From a virus: 64,000 nucleotides of DNA. The stretch covers positions 11,870-75,869 of IMG/VR virus record IMGVR_UViG_3300010883_025067. One strand, written 5' to 3'. Position numbers and translations under genes: made by a program. Positions 9,454 through 19,000 of the stretch are shown piece after piece. The notes beneath the pieces are model-generated. The model did not search any database. It was not told where the DNA came from and worked only from the letters and a program-made list of their open reading frames with translations. Each line of letters begins with the position of its first letter. Within the stretch, counting starts at the first letter, position 1.

Positions 9454-9863
9454 TGATGATTTATCTGAAGATGCGCTATCTCGTAAAGCGGCTTGTGCTT
9501 TGGATAAAGACACACTGGGAGATCGCTCTTGCTGTAACAGCAATCATTACTGTCAATGTTGTTACCCGTAGAAGAACAAGAAACATATCAGCTCTCCTGT
9601 CTGGTGCTCAAAAAGTGCATAATGATGAGGTTGAAATTTTAAAATCATCACACAGAAGTGAAGTTGAGAGCATTCTTTCCACACATAAAAGATTGCGCAA
9701 CACACTTGCTTCAATTGAGTCAAAGTACAAGAGTGAAAATAAAAAACTTGACGCAAAGAGAAAGAAAGAGATTGAGACACTTATCAAGAATAATATTGAT
9801 GATCCCGATGCAATCACTGAGAAACTTTCAGCACTAACTGGATTTAAAATTGAGGTAGAATAG
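9453..9863 (+). CDS. N-terminal TM plus coiled-coil protein (spanin-like architecture)
   Basis: Single TM (WEIALAVTAIITVNVV) followed by heptad-rich helix. Confidence 0.4.
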   Translation: MMIYLKMRYLVKRLVLWIKTHWEIALAVTAIITVNVVTRRRTRNISALLSGAQKVHNDEVEILKSSHRSEVESILSTHKRLRNTLASIESKYKSENKKLDAKRKKEIETLIKNNIDDPDAITEKLSALTGFKIEVE

Positions 9864-10304
9864 ATGCTTTTTGTAGCCATAGTTGTTGCTACACTGGGAG
9901 CTGCATATGCAGATGAGACTCAAGAAGAAGCAATAGTAACATTGCAAGAGGGAGATGTTGCGCCTTTTTCTGGGACTTTGTTTAGCACAGCTGCTTCAGC
10001 TAAGCTTGCTGTAGACCTTGAGAATGCACAACAGACATGCCAGCTCAAGATAGATCAAGCAGTAGAAGTAAAAGAGGCTGAAATGCAATATCTAGCTGAT
10101 GTCGAGAAGATCAAGTTAGAATTTTGTGAGAAACGCAGTGAAGAAATTTTAATCATAAAGAATGATCATATCGATCTTCTTAACACGCAAATTAAAAGAA
10201 GAGGAAGCCCGTCATCATCAGCCTGGTATGTCGGTGGAATTGTCACTGGTATTTTGGCGACGTCTTTTGGTGTCTTGGCAGTTTCAAAAGCCTCAGCAAA
10301 TTAA
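9864..10304 (+). CDS. Signal peptide, coiled coil and C-terminal TM protein
   Basis: AYA cleavage site, APFSGTLFS motif, C-term WYVGGIVTGILATSFGVLAV. Confidence 0.5.
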   Translation: MLFVAIVVATLGAAYADETQEEAIVTLQEGDVAPFSGTLFSTAASAKLAVDLENAQQTCQLKIDQAVEVKEAEMQYLADVEKIKLEFCEKRSEEILIIKNDHIDLLNTQIKRRGSPSSSAWYVGGIVTGILATSFGVLAVSKASAN

Positions 10305-10339
10305 AGCTACAGCAGATATTTATCTGTGAGGAGTCTTGT

Positions 10340-12106
10340 ATGCGTGTCATAGTAAAGAAAGATGCTTTGGAAGAAGCACTTTTAAAGATCATAAGTGAGG
10401 ATCGAAGTCATCAATCAGCTAGAATTGATACGATTGTAGGTGCAGATGATGATGAACCTATCGAGCCAACACCGCAAATGGCTGTGCAGCTATCAGTTGA
10501 TAAGCCTCCTGTAGATGATCCAGCATATATGCCCTCAAATGTCGAGGAGCTAGGTCGTGCAGCCTCTGTTATATCTGCTGAGGTGCCTTCAGATCAAATT
10601 GAATTTTTTTATAGAAAGCTCCACAGACTTTTAGACAGTGCCCTAGACAGACATGATGCCAAAACTTACGAACAGTCTCTGTCTGAATCGAAAATTCGAG
10701 AAAGTGTTCGAATGATTCTGGAAGCCGATGACGATGATCTCGATGATATTAAGCTTGCTATAGAGGATCCTGTCTCTGAGACAGCTGATAAGATAATTGA
10801 TTACATTGTAGCCAACCCATCATTTTTTCAAGACATCATTGGTCTAGATCCTGAAACTGGTAAGCCGATGACCAGAGCTGCAGATCCACGGCTTGTGCAA
10901 CTTCGTGTTTTGAGTCAGATGCAAAAAAATTCAGTCATTCAGAATATTCTACGAAAGAGTGAGATGTCAGAAGATGAGAAGAAAAATGTTAGAGTAGCTG
11001 TTGCTAATGAAATGCTTAGATTTGCAAAACGAGAGGTTACACCAGAAGAAGTTTCTGGATATATTGAAGCAGGAAAGGCAGAGACAGCAGCCCGTATTCC
11101 AGCTAAAGAGATGGTTAAGGTAAGAAAGGAAACTGGGTTTGAAGGCCTCGAGCTTATTGCAGCGCTCAGAGATCGTGCTGATGAGATAGAAGCAATGGGA
11201 ATGGAGGATAATGCAAGCGGGCTTAGAAAACTTGCAGACGAAACTGAGCAAGAAATTACACATCCTGAGGAATCTGTTGATCCAATTGCAGCAATAGAGA
11301 AAATCAATCCGCATGAGGCAGCAAAGATTCGCAAGCAGCTAAGAGATGAAATTCTGGAAAAAGAAGGGATAGAGCTTAGGATGTCACAACAAGCATTACA
11401 AGCACTAAAGGAAAAAATTGCGGATGAGACAGGATTAAAAGTCAACAATATTCAGAATATTCTCTATGATGACCTTAAAGTATTCGGATTCAACCCAGAG
11501 GATGCTATTAAGCTAGGCTTTCCAACTGATAAAAAAATTCCAAGCACATACGATCCAATGAAGTTAATTGCGCAGAAGAAGATCGTCGGCACTGTCTATG
11601 ATCTATTCAGATCAACAATACGAGACTATATTGAGAGTATTGGGTATGATGATGAGGCTGAAGCCAGTGTCTTAGCTTCACTGCTTGATGATGATATCGC
11701 AACCTTTCCTGGAGATGGAATCGACGGATATGTGAAGGTTCAGAACACAGCTATTACTCATAGAGATATGGATCCTGATTCACAGCAATACCTTAGTGTT
11801 AGAAATTCATTTGAAGCTGTTGTGGCATTTATTCAGGGCGTCGCAAAGGCCATCCTCGATCCTGAAAAAACAAAGGGTGCTAAAGAGGGAGGAGTCAGAG
11901 CGTTTATGCAACAGATGAACACAGATGGTGCATTTCGTCGCCAGTCATCAGATGAAGTGTTAACAACAAGGAATTTTGAACAGTACATGAATGGTTTGAT
12001 CGATAACATTCAGAATGTCATTTTGGATGAGAATATAGCATATAATATTCTTGAAAAGGCACTGAAGACTGCTCCTAAAAGAACTAAAAAGTTTTTAAGG
12101 AAATAA
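10340..12106 (+). CDS. Large acidic helical protein, putative internal virion protein
   Basis: 588 aa; LLKIISE and KIRESVRMILE motifs; ATATTTA and GAGGAG upstream. Confidence 0.55.
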   Translation: MRVIVKKDALEEALLKIISEDRSHQSARIDTIVGADDDEPIEPTPQMAVQLSVDKPPVDDPAYMPSNVEELGRAASVISAEVPSDQIEFFYRKLHRLLDSALDRHDAKTYEQSLSESKIRESVRMILEADDDDLDDIKLAIEDPVSETADKIIDYIVANPSFFQDIIGLDPETGKPMTRAADPRLVQLRVLSQMQKNSVIQNILRKSEMSEDEKKNVRVAVANEMLRFAKREVTPEEVSGYIEAGKAETAARIPAKEMVKVRKETGFEGLELIAALRDRADEIEAMGMEDNASGLRKLADETEQEITHPEESVDPIAAIEKINPHEAAKIRKQLRDEILEKEGIELRMSQQALQALKEKIADETGLKVNNIQNILYDDLKVFGFNPEDAIKLGFPTDKKIPSTYDPMKLIAQKKIVGTVYDLFRSTIRDYIESIGYDDEAEASVLASLLDDDIATFPGDGIDGYVKVQNTAITHRDMDPDSQQYLSVRNSFEAVVAFIQGVAKAILDPEKTKGAKEGGVRAFMQQMNTDGAFRRQSSDEVLTTRNFEQYMNGLIDNIQNVILDENIAYNILEKALKTAPKRTKKFLRK

Positions 12107-12107
12107 T

Positions 12108-12512
12108 ATGAAAGCTTTGATAGACCTTGTGGATAAGAGATTGCTAGAGGGTAATTCCTTATCTAACAGTGTGGGTCAAGCACTGGGATCGTTGAAGACC
12201 ACACTACCTGATCCGTTACCGATAGAGGTAAAAAATCCGGAATGGATTCTCTTACAAGATCCTGAGAGAATCGCCAAAACTTTTGAATTTGATAGCTTTG
12301 GTAACATGAGATATTTCATTGATGAGTTATTGCTTGAACAAGAGAGAATGAATCATCACTCTTTGATTATGATAGACCATATGACAGTCAGTGTAGAGAC
12401 ATATACACATTCACTAAATGCAGTGACAGAGCAGGATTTGCTGCTGGCTAAGTTTTGTGATGAAATATTTGAGGATACGAGATATTTTGAAGGAAAAAAT
12501 AAAGATGTCTAA
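12108..12512 (+). CDS. Pterin-4a-carbinolamine dehydratase family protein
   Basis: W...IAKTFEFDSF...ERMNHH...ETYTHSLNAVTEQDLLLAK. Confidence 0.8.
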   Translation: MKALIDLVDKRLLEGNSLSNSVGQALGSLKTTLPDPLPIEVKNPEWILLQDPERIAKTFEFDSFGNMRYFIDELLLEQERMNHHSLIMIDHMTVSVETYTHSLNAVTEQDLLLAKFCDEIFEDTRYFEGKNKDV

Positions 12513-12870
12513 TTCTACAATTTTTATGAGTGATGCCCTAAAAGGAAGAGTGAGTATGTTGCAACTTAGTGATGAGATAGCTCCTTCAGAAATTTTTTGC
12601 CATCTAGAATTGGGTGATAATGTTCTTGATCTCATACCACAAAAGATAGTAACATCTCCAGGCATCGTCGCATTAACCTTTCCATGCAATGCTGAGCAGG
12701 TTCTTACAATGCTTGAAAATAGAACGGTTACGCTAAAGATTCTTCATAGTACTTCTGATAAAGCAGTTCTGTCATATGAAAATGTCAGTGTTCTCGAAAC
12801 ATGTATTAATGTGTCAGGTCTCGATTCATATCAGGTAGAATTAACTGTAACAACAAGAAACTCCGCATAA
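12505..12870 (+). CDS. Hypothetical protein
   Basis: ORF overlapping previous stop; start moved to ATG 12505. Confidence 0.5.
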   Translation: MSNSTIFMSDALKGRVSMLQLSDEIAPSEIFCHLELGDNVLDLIPQKIVTSPGIVALTFPCNAEQVLTMLENRTVTLKILHSTSDKAVLSYENVSVLETCINVSGLDSYQVELTVTTRNSA

Positions 12871-12890
12871 TTAATTCATGTGAGGCAATA

Positions 12891-13040
12891 ATGAGTAAAG
12901 AATTTGAATTTGAAAAGTTTATGGATGATATCTGCAAAAAAGAATCAGTGACTAATAGTGAAAATCAGGTGCAGGAAGATGAATCTCCTCAAAGAAATTA
13001 TCGTAAGCTATACCGAGAGCTGTGGCAAAATAGAATTTGA
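12891..13040 (+). CDS. Small hypothetical protein (not in ORF track)
   Basis: GAGG RBS, MSKEFEFEKFMDDI..., 49 aa, after ATAATTA. Confidence 0.55.
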   Translation: MSKEFEFEKFMDDICKKESVTNSENQVQEDESPQRNYRKLYRELWQNRI

Positions 13041-13054
13041 TACGGAGAAAAGAA

Positions 13055-13774
13055 ATGAGCGATATAAGACTTGATAGTGCCAGAGATGTAGAGCTATTCC
13101 TTAAAATCTTAGCTGAGGAGAGTGTCAGGGAGGCACAACGATCAGTCTCGTCTATTGACCCGATGCAGAGTCAAATTGAAAAACAGGTGAAGCAGGACAA
13201 ATCAATCTATGATCTAAGAGAGCAAGATGGACCGCCATCGGGTGAAGATGAGGTAGCAAAACCTGCTGAGGATTCTGAGGCTGGGGCAGAAGCTGAGACT
13301 GAGACAGGGGAAGACGATTCTGGAGAGGGTCTTGAGGTTTCACTTGACAGTGTTGCAGACAGCATCAAGACACTGCGAAGCGGTCGATCTGTTGATGACA
13401 GAGAAATTAAGGCACAGATGCGTGCCTATTTTGATAGACTAGATGCACCAGAAAGACAGGCGCTGCAGGCCTTTATGGGAGCATTTGCAAAAATTTTAAC
13501 AAGTAACGTCACTGGAGCAGATGCGCAGGATCCAAGTGATCCACCTTTGAATATAGCCATGTCTGGTGATGAGCCCGAACCTCAAGGCACTAAGGCAGCA
13601 GCACAGGAAGAAGAGCCAGTAGCTACCGAACCTACTGAAGAGGAAGAAGAGGAAGAAGAGGAAGATGAGAAAAAGGGTGCTGAGGACACCACACCCCCAG
13701 TCCCAATTACTCCTGGTGGACCCCAGCGTGTTGCTGAGATTAGAAGACGCGTTCAAAAGCTAATGATCAGATAA
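13055..13774 (+). CDS. Acidic hypothetical protein, putative head/scaffold-like
   Basis: FLKILAEE, poly-Glu tract, GGAG RBS. Confidence 0.55.
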   Translation: MSDIRLDSARDVELFLKILAEESVREAQRSVSSIDPMQSQIEKQVKQDKSIYDLREQDGPPSGEDEVAKPAEDSEAGAEAETETGEDDSGEGLEVSLDSVADSIKTLRSGRSVDDREIKAQMRAYFDRLDAPERQALQAFMGAFAKILTSNVTGADAQDPSDPPLNIAMSGDEPEPQGTKAAAQEEEPVATEPTEEEEEEEEEDEKKGAEDTTPPVPITPGGPQRVAEIRRRVQKLMIR

Positions 13775-13776
13775 TC

Positions 13777-13805
13777 ATGTAATTTTCTCTTTTTTGTGGT
13801 ATGAT
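13777..13805 (+). promoter_or_regulatory. Class-1 promoter
   Basis: atgtaa-N17-tatgat. Confidence 0.65.
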
Positions 13806-13834
13806 TTAATCACGAGATAGATTCGGAGATTAGC

Positions 13835-14047
13835 ATGCAAAAAAGAAGAATAGGGTTACCGTCCGGCGGAGAGCTTGAGGTAGAGATGACACCTGATTTT
13901 TTGTGCTATGTCAGACGTCAGTTTAATCTCACAGAGGAAGATGTGGTAACTGATGATCATATTCGAATGTTTGTTCACGGAAGTGTTAAGTGTGCACTCG
14001 ATGATGTTGAGCATGATCCTGAATGGGTTGTTCGACGTGACCTGTAG
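13835..14047 (+). CDS. Hypothetical protein
   Basis: GGAG RBS, preceded by class-1 promoter. Confidence 0.65.
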   Translation: MQKRRIGLPSGGELEVEMTPDFLCYVRRQFNLTEEDVVTDDHIRMFVHGSVKCALDDVEHDPEWVVRRDL

Positions 14048-14086
14048 GAACAGTTGTCTCATCATACTTATCAACAGGGGTAATGT

Positions 14087-15367
14087 ATGAGATCAGAAGA
14101 GCTTCTTAGACTGCTTATTCGTGAATCTGTATTTAGACTTTATGATGGAACAGAAACAGAGTATGGCTCGTCGAGTCATGTCGAAGACCTTGATAGAATA
14201 GTCAACGAGCTTCAGCACTTAAAAAAGACACTTAAGCGTGGTTCAAGAAGACTACAAAATAGAAAAGAAATACACAGGATCCAAAGCTCAATAGAGGCAA
14301 TTCGATATCTAAGAAATGGTGTCAAAAGATTTGGAATTAGGAGTGGTTTGATCGCTGAGGGAGGATTAAAGATTCCCGGCGGTTCCGATAAAAAGTTAAA
14401 TCCCACACTAGTGGGTCAGGCAATAAAGGTGTATGAGAATCTCTTGGGACAGTGGAATTCATATCTTGAGCTAGCAGGTCATGACCCTGTTAAGCCAATC
14501 AAGCCCGTAGGGTCTGTAAGCTACTATTCACAGGACGCTTTAGAAAATCCCGACGCTGAATATGGAGACATTGATTACCTTGTAGAACTGCCAGTTATGC
14601 ATCAGGAGAGTTCGGACGAGAAAAGTAAGAGACAAATTGAGAATGCAATTAAGCGGGAATATGAGCAGTTGTTTGTCAATTTTTTGAATGCTGTTAAACC
14701 TGCTGAAGTTGACATAGAGCTTACATTAAAGCCAAGTGCTATTGGCAGTAAGGTCCCATCTAGTCCCTATATGGTCATTATTACATTGCCAGGTGGTGAG
14801 TCAGTTCAGGTAGACACAGTCACGACTTATCCGAGAAGTGCAGAGTGGATGGGAGGCAGGTATACACCAGAGCGTGGTGTCAAGGGATACCTGATAGGAA
14901 ACATATATAAGTCTCTTGGTGACCATCTGGTGATGTCTATCGGTACCCAGGGGGTGGCAATTAAGTCTAGGGAGGGAAAGAGAGTACCTGCTAAGTTTCA
15001 AAAAGGTGTCAAGGTTGAAAATATAAGCACAGATATCGGTAATTTTCTGGTAGATATTGCTGCTTACCTTGTGGGAGATAATCTAGATCCTCATCCGCTT
15101 TTGGTTGGAAATCCTGGTGTTGACAAAGACAGTGTATCCATGAGATCTCTTGTGAAGGGAATAAAGGGATTAGCTCTGACTCTTGAAGCTGGAGGAGATT
15201 ATGACGCGCTGGGTATGATGAATGCCATCAAGGCATACTATGAGGAAAATCTTAGAAGCAATGTAGAGCAGAAAAAAACCAGAGGCTTAAATGAGAAAGA
15301 CTACCAGAAGCTATTAAAGATGAATGATGTTGCTGTTAAAATGATGTCGGAGGAGTTTGGTCTCTAA
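14087..15367 (+). CDS. Pol-beta superfamily nucleotidyltransferase with N-terminal leader
   Basis: PVGS...GDIDYLV...VQVD catalytic Asp pattern; leader LLRLLIRES...LIAE/GG. Confidence 0.7.
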   Translation: MRSEELLRLLIRESVFRLYDGTETEYGSSSHVEDLDRIVNELQHLKKTLKRGSRRLQNRKEIHRIQSSIEAIRYLRNGVKRFGIRSGLIAEGGLKIPGGSDKKLNPTLVGQAIKVYENLLGQWNSYLELAGHDPVKPIKPVGSVSYYSQDALENPDAEYGDIDYLVELPVMHQESSDEKSKRQIENAIKREYEQLFVNFLNAVKPAEVDIELTLKPSAIGSKVPSSPYMVIITLPGGESVQVDTVTTYPRSAEWMGGRYTPERGVKGYLIGNIYKSLGDHLVMSIGTQGVAIKSREGKRVPAKFQKGVKVENISTDIGNFLVDIAAYLVGDNLDPHPLLVGNPGVDKDSVSMRSLVKGIKGLALTLEAGGDYDALGMMNAIKAYYEENLRSNVEQKKTRGLNEKDYQKLLKMNDVAVKMMSEEFGL

Positions 15368-16014
15368 TGGACTTTTTCACATCAGACTTACATTTTGGAC
15401 ATAGAAATATTATCAAGCATTGTGATCGACCCTTTTCGAATGTTGATGAGATGAATAGTGCCCTGATTAACAACTGGAATAGCATGGTCAACAACGATGA
15501 TCGAGTAATAGTTGTGGGTGACATGTTTTTGTGTGGCAAAGAAATAATGCCTGAGATAATGTCACAACTAAATGGTTATAAGATTCTTGTAAAGGGAAAT
15601 CATGATCTGAGTCTCAAGAAGATGAAGGAGATTGGATTTGATGAGTGTCATAGAAAAATGAGTTATACACTGCCTGGCGGTCAAAGAGCGCTTGTGCAAC
15701 ATCACCCGATACCCGAGAAGCTGCTTAGCGATCATGATCTCTTGATTCATGGACACATTCATATATCACCAAAGGTCAGAGGTAAGAGAATCAATGTCAG
15801 CTGTGACATTTGGGATTTTTCACCAATTCAGGTCAACAGACTGTGTGGTCTAGTCTCGACAAAAAAGAGTGAAGTGTCAAGTGAATGGTGTGATATCCGT
15901 CTGGATGGCGAAAACCTTCTGATACACTTGTCAATTAACATGCAAGATTTTCCCGGTGCTGTTGAGGAAATATATAAAGTGATGCAAGGTCATTGGCCGA
16001 GGAGAAGAGAATGA
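15367..16014 (+). CDS. Calcineurin-like metallophosphoesterase
   Basis: TSDLHFGH, VGD, KGNHD, HGHIH. Confidence 0.92.
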   Translation: MDFFTSDLHFGHRNIIKHCDRPFSNVDEMNSALINNWNSMVNNDDRVIVVGDMFLCGKEIMPEIMSQLNGYKILVKGNHDLSLKKMKEIGFDECHRKMSYTLPGGQRALVQHHPIPEKLLSDHDLLIHGHIHISPKVRGKRINVSCDIWDFSPIQVNRLCGLVSTKKSEVSSEWCDIRLDGENLLIHLSINMQDFPGAVEEIYKVMQGHWPRRRE

Positions 16015-19000
16015 AGCTTGGGCTTTACGGGGGAGGATTCAAACCCTTTACAACTGGGCATTTTGCAAGGTTGGCTGACGCGATACATGATAATGACAAG
16101 GTGTACTTATTTTACGGTATGCAGCAAGTAGAGCCAGCTAGGTATGGGAAGAAAGGCCAGCAGCTAAAATCGAAACAGAAGTTCAGAGATATTGGAAAAA
16201 CCGGAAGAATGTATGATGAGAAAGTTGCTGAGTCTATCTTTCAAATATACAAGACTGCTCTTGAGAGAATCCCAGAAGTCGAGGTGATTCTGGTACAAAG
16301 TCAGGCTAGGGACGAACAAGGAAATCTCGCTGCAGTTCGAGCACCTGTAACAGCGATATTCAAGAATCTTGAGGAGTTTGTTAAGAATCCCGACATGTAT
16401 GAAAAGGTTACTATCTATGGAGATAAATCCTCGATGGCACCGTACATGAAAAGTCCAAAGTTTAAAGACCTTGTGAGAGTGGGAAAGCTCCAATTCGGTG
16501 GTGCTATTCCTGAAAATCCAGAAGATTACCTGGATCCGGACAGGCTAGATAGACTAATGACTCGCGGCGAAGAAGAAGCCCGTGACGCACTAAAGGGATA
16601 TTATGCAGACTTAGAGGGAGAAGATAGAAAGGAACTATCAGATGAGGATATCACACAGCTACAATCTGTCAGAGGTACTCGAGTTAGAGATCTTGCAGCT
16701 TCTCCAGAGACAACAGAAGAAGCTAAGCGCTACCTTCCTCCTTTTCTTAACAGTGATGAAAAGGACAAGATCATTCAAATTCTTCTGGGTAGCATAGATG
16801 AGTCACTTATAAAGCCAGCAATTTCAGAAGCTGTTGTAAAAAGAGCAGCAACAAAGTTTTCTGCTATAAGGTTGCTATCAGAGCAAGATGATAAAAGTGC
16901 TGTTGGGCCTGGTGAGGAAGCACACATATACAATCTGTATGAGGAGCTGGGAATGCCCCTCAAGGACATCATTGAGATAGGTCATTTAGGATTGAAAGGA
17001 AAGCTAGAGAATGTTCAGGAGAAAATGGACGGTCAGTTTCTGGCATTCACAGTTGTCGATGGTCAGCTAAGATTTTTCACCAAGATGGATCTTCAGAGTC
17101 AGAGGGCAAAGGATAAGCGGCTAGAGTCGATTCGAGCAGGCGGACCCGGCGGAGGCATGACTTTAGATCAGATCATGTCTGCTTATACAGGAGATAGATC
17201 AAATATCGCAGATGGATTTGCAATCGCTTATGAGGCATTGGAGCCTGTAGCACTACCATATCAGGATTCACTCTTCAGAAATGGAGAGGTTGTGATGGCA
17301 TCACAGATAATGGTATCAAAGAACCCTAACACAATTCTATATAACAAGGACTCTCTAAGGACAGTCCTTGCTATCTCTTTAACAGGTGAGCCTGTTAATC
17401 AAGATGCACTGTCATCCTTTAAGTCAGAGATGCGTGATTCCTCGACGGATGCTTTTACCATGGACGAGGTACCCACAGCCTCTCTTATGAAAGGGCTTGA
17501 CGAGGATGATAGTGAGCTTGAGCAATTAGAGAAAGATCTAGAGTCAGTTGTTGCAGAGGTGGGACTTTCAATTAGTAATAATACAGTTGGTGATTACGTC
17601 AATGCGAGATTAGAGGAGTTCATCAGGGAGAAATATGAGTTTATTCCCGATGACTTTGTCCCTGGAGTCGCTGACAGATTTATGACAGGAAAGGGAAGAA
17701 TTGCCCTACAGCTTAAGAAGGTAGTATCACCTGAAGAGTACCAGCGCTTCCGATCGCTTGATAGTGTGAAGACCAGAGTGGTACAAGAGGCAATTGTTCC
17801 ACTTGAGAACATTATTCAGAGGCTGGGCATCATGATTATTGATAAGCTCGATCTCGCCCTTCAGGCTAGTAATCAGGAAGATCTGCTAGGATTTGTTAAA
17901 GACGTTAGGGGTGAATTTGAATCTGGGTTTAATTTTGGTTTGGGATCTGAAGATGAGAAGACGTTAGAGGGGATTCGTGTAGCCTTGGCGAGACTTGAGG
18001 CCAATGAAGATTTATTTACTCGCGCCACAGAAGGTATCGTCTTTACACACAACAATAAGACATATAAGCTAACCGGTCTTTTTACACCCATTAATAGATT
18101 GCGTGGATTCTTCTCATACGGCAAGGCAAAAATGCCAGACCGAGGAGAAAGTAAAGATCTAAGTGAAACAGTAAGCAAAATTTTAATGAAGATTCTTTCC
18201 GAAGGAGGAAAGGCCTTTAAGCATAAGGATGAGCAGGGAAATGAGATTGTTGCAACATCTGAAGATAGTATATCTAGACAGCAGGCTGACCGGATAATAC
18301 AAGATCTTGAGAAGAATCTACTGGAGCCATTGGGCATCAAGTTTTTACCTGTAGGTAGTACAGCAACTGACAAGCAGATGATAGGTGACATCGATCTTGT
18401 TGTCAGTGAACCTGATAAGGGGACACTATACCAGAAAATGTTGAGTGCTGCATATCTCAGTGATGAACTTGTCGAAGGTGTGCCACGCGTTCTAAAGGTC
18501 GGTCAACTTGTTGCTATCATGGTTAAGGATGCAGAGACAGGGCAATTATTTCAGGTTGATCTGTTTCCAAGTTCTAACATGGACGATACATCCTGGGAAC
18601 TCTCGGGAGGAGGAGAAGGCAAGGTTAAGGGTGAGTATCATAAGCTAATGATTTCTCTTCTTGCTAAAATAAAAGGTGAGAGAGAATCAACACCAGACAG
18701 GGTTGTTAAGTACACAGTAGCTTTTCCGGGCGGCTTACGTGAAAAAGTTAATGACATCGAAGATGAGTCAGGAAGGATAGCTGATCCTGATGATTATCTG
18801 CCTAAGCTGGGTGTGCAGGTAGAAGATAAGCATTCTGTTAAAATCTTTGAGGATCTCGTGTCTCACATGGTGGAGGCGGATACATCTGAATTTAGAGAAG
18901 CCTTAGAGAGATTTGAGGAGTATATTGGGAATAGATTAAATGCCAAGTCAGAGAAGATAAAGGGCGAGGCCCAGAAGACTCTTGATGTGATCAATGTTGC

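Noticed and set aside
14087-15367. CBASS cyclase (CD-NTase) operon
   Set aside because: No Cap effector or Cap2/3 neighbours are recognisable; only the generic Pol-beta motif is supported
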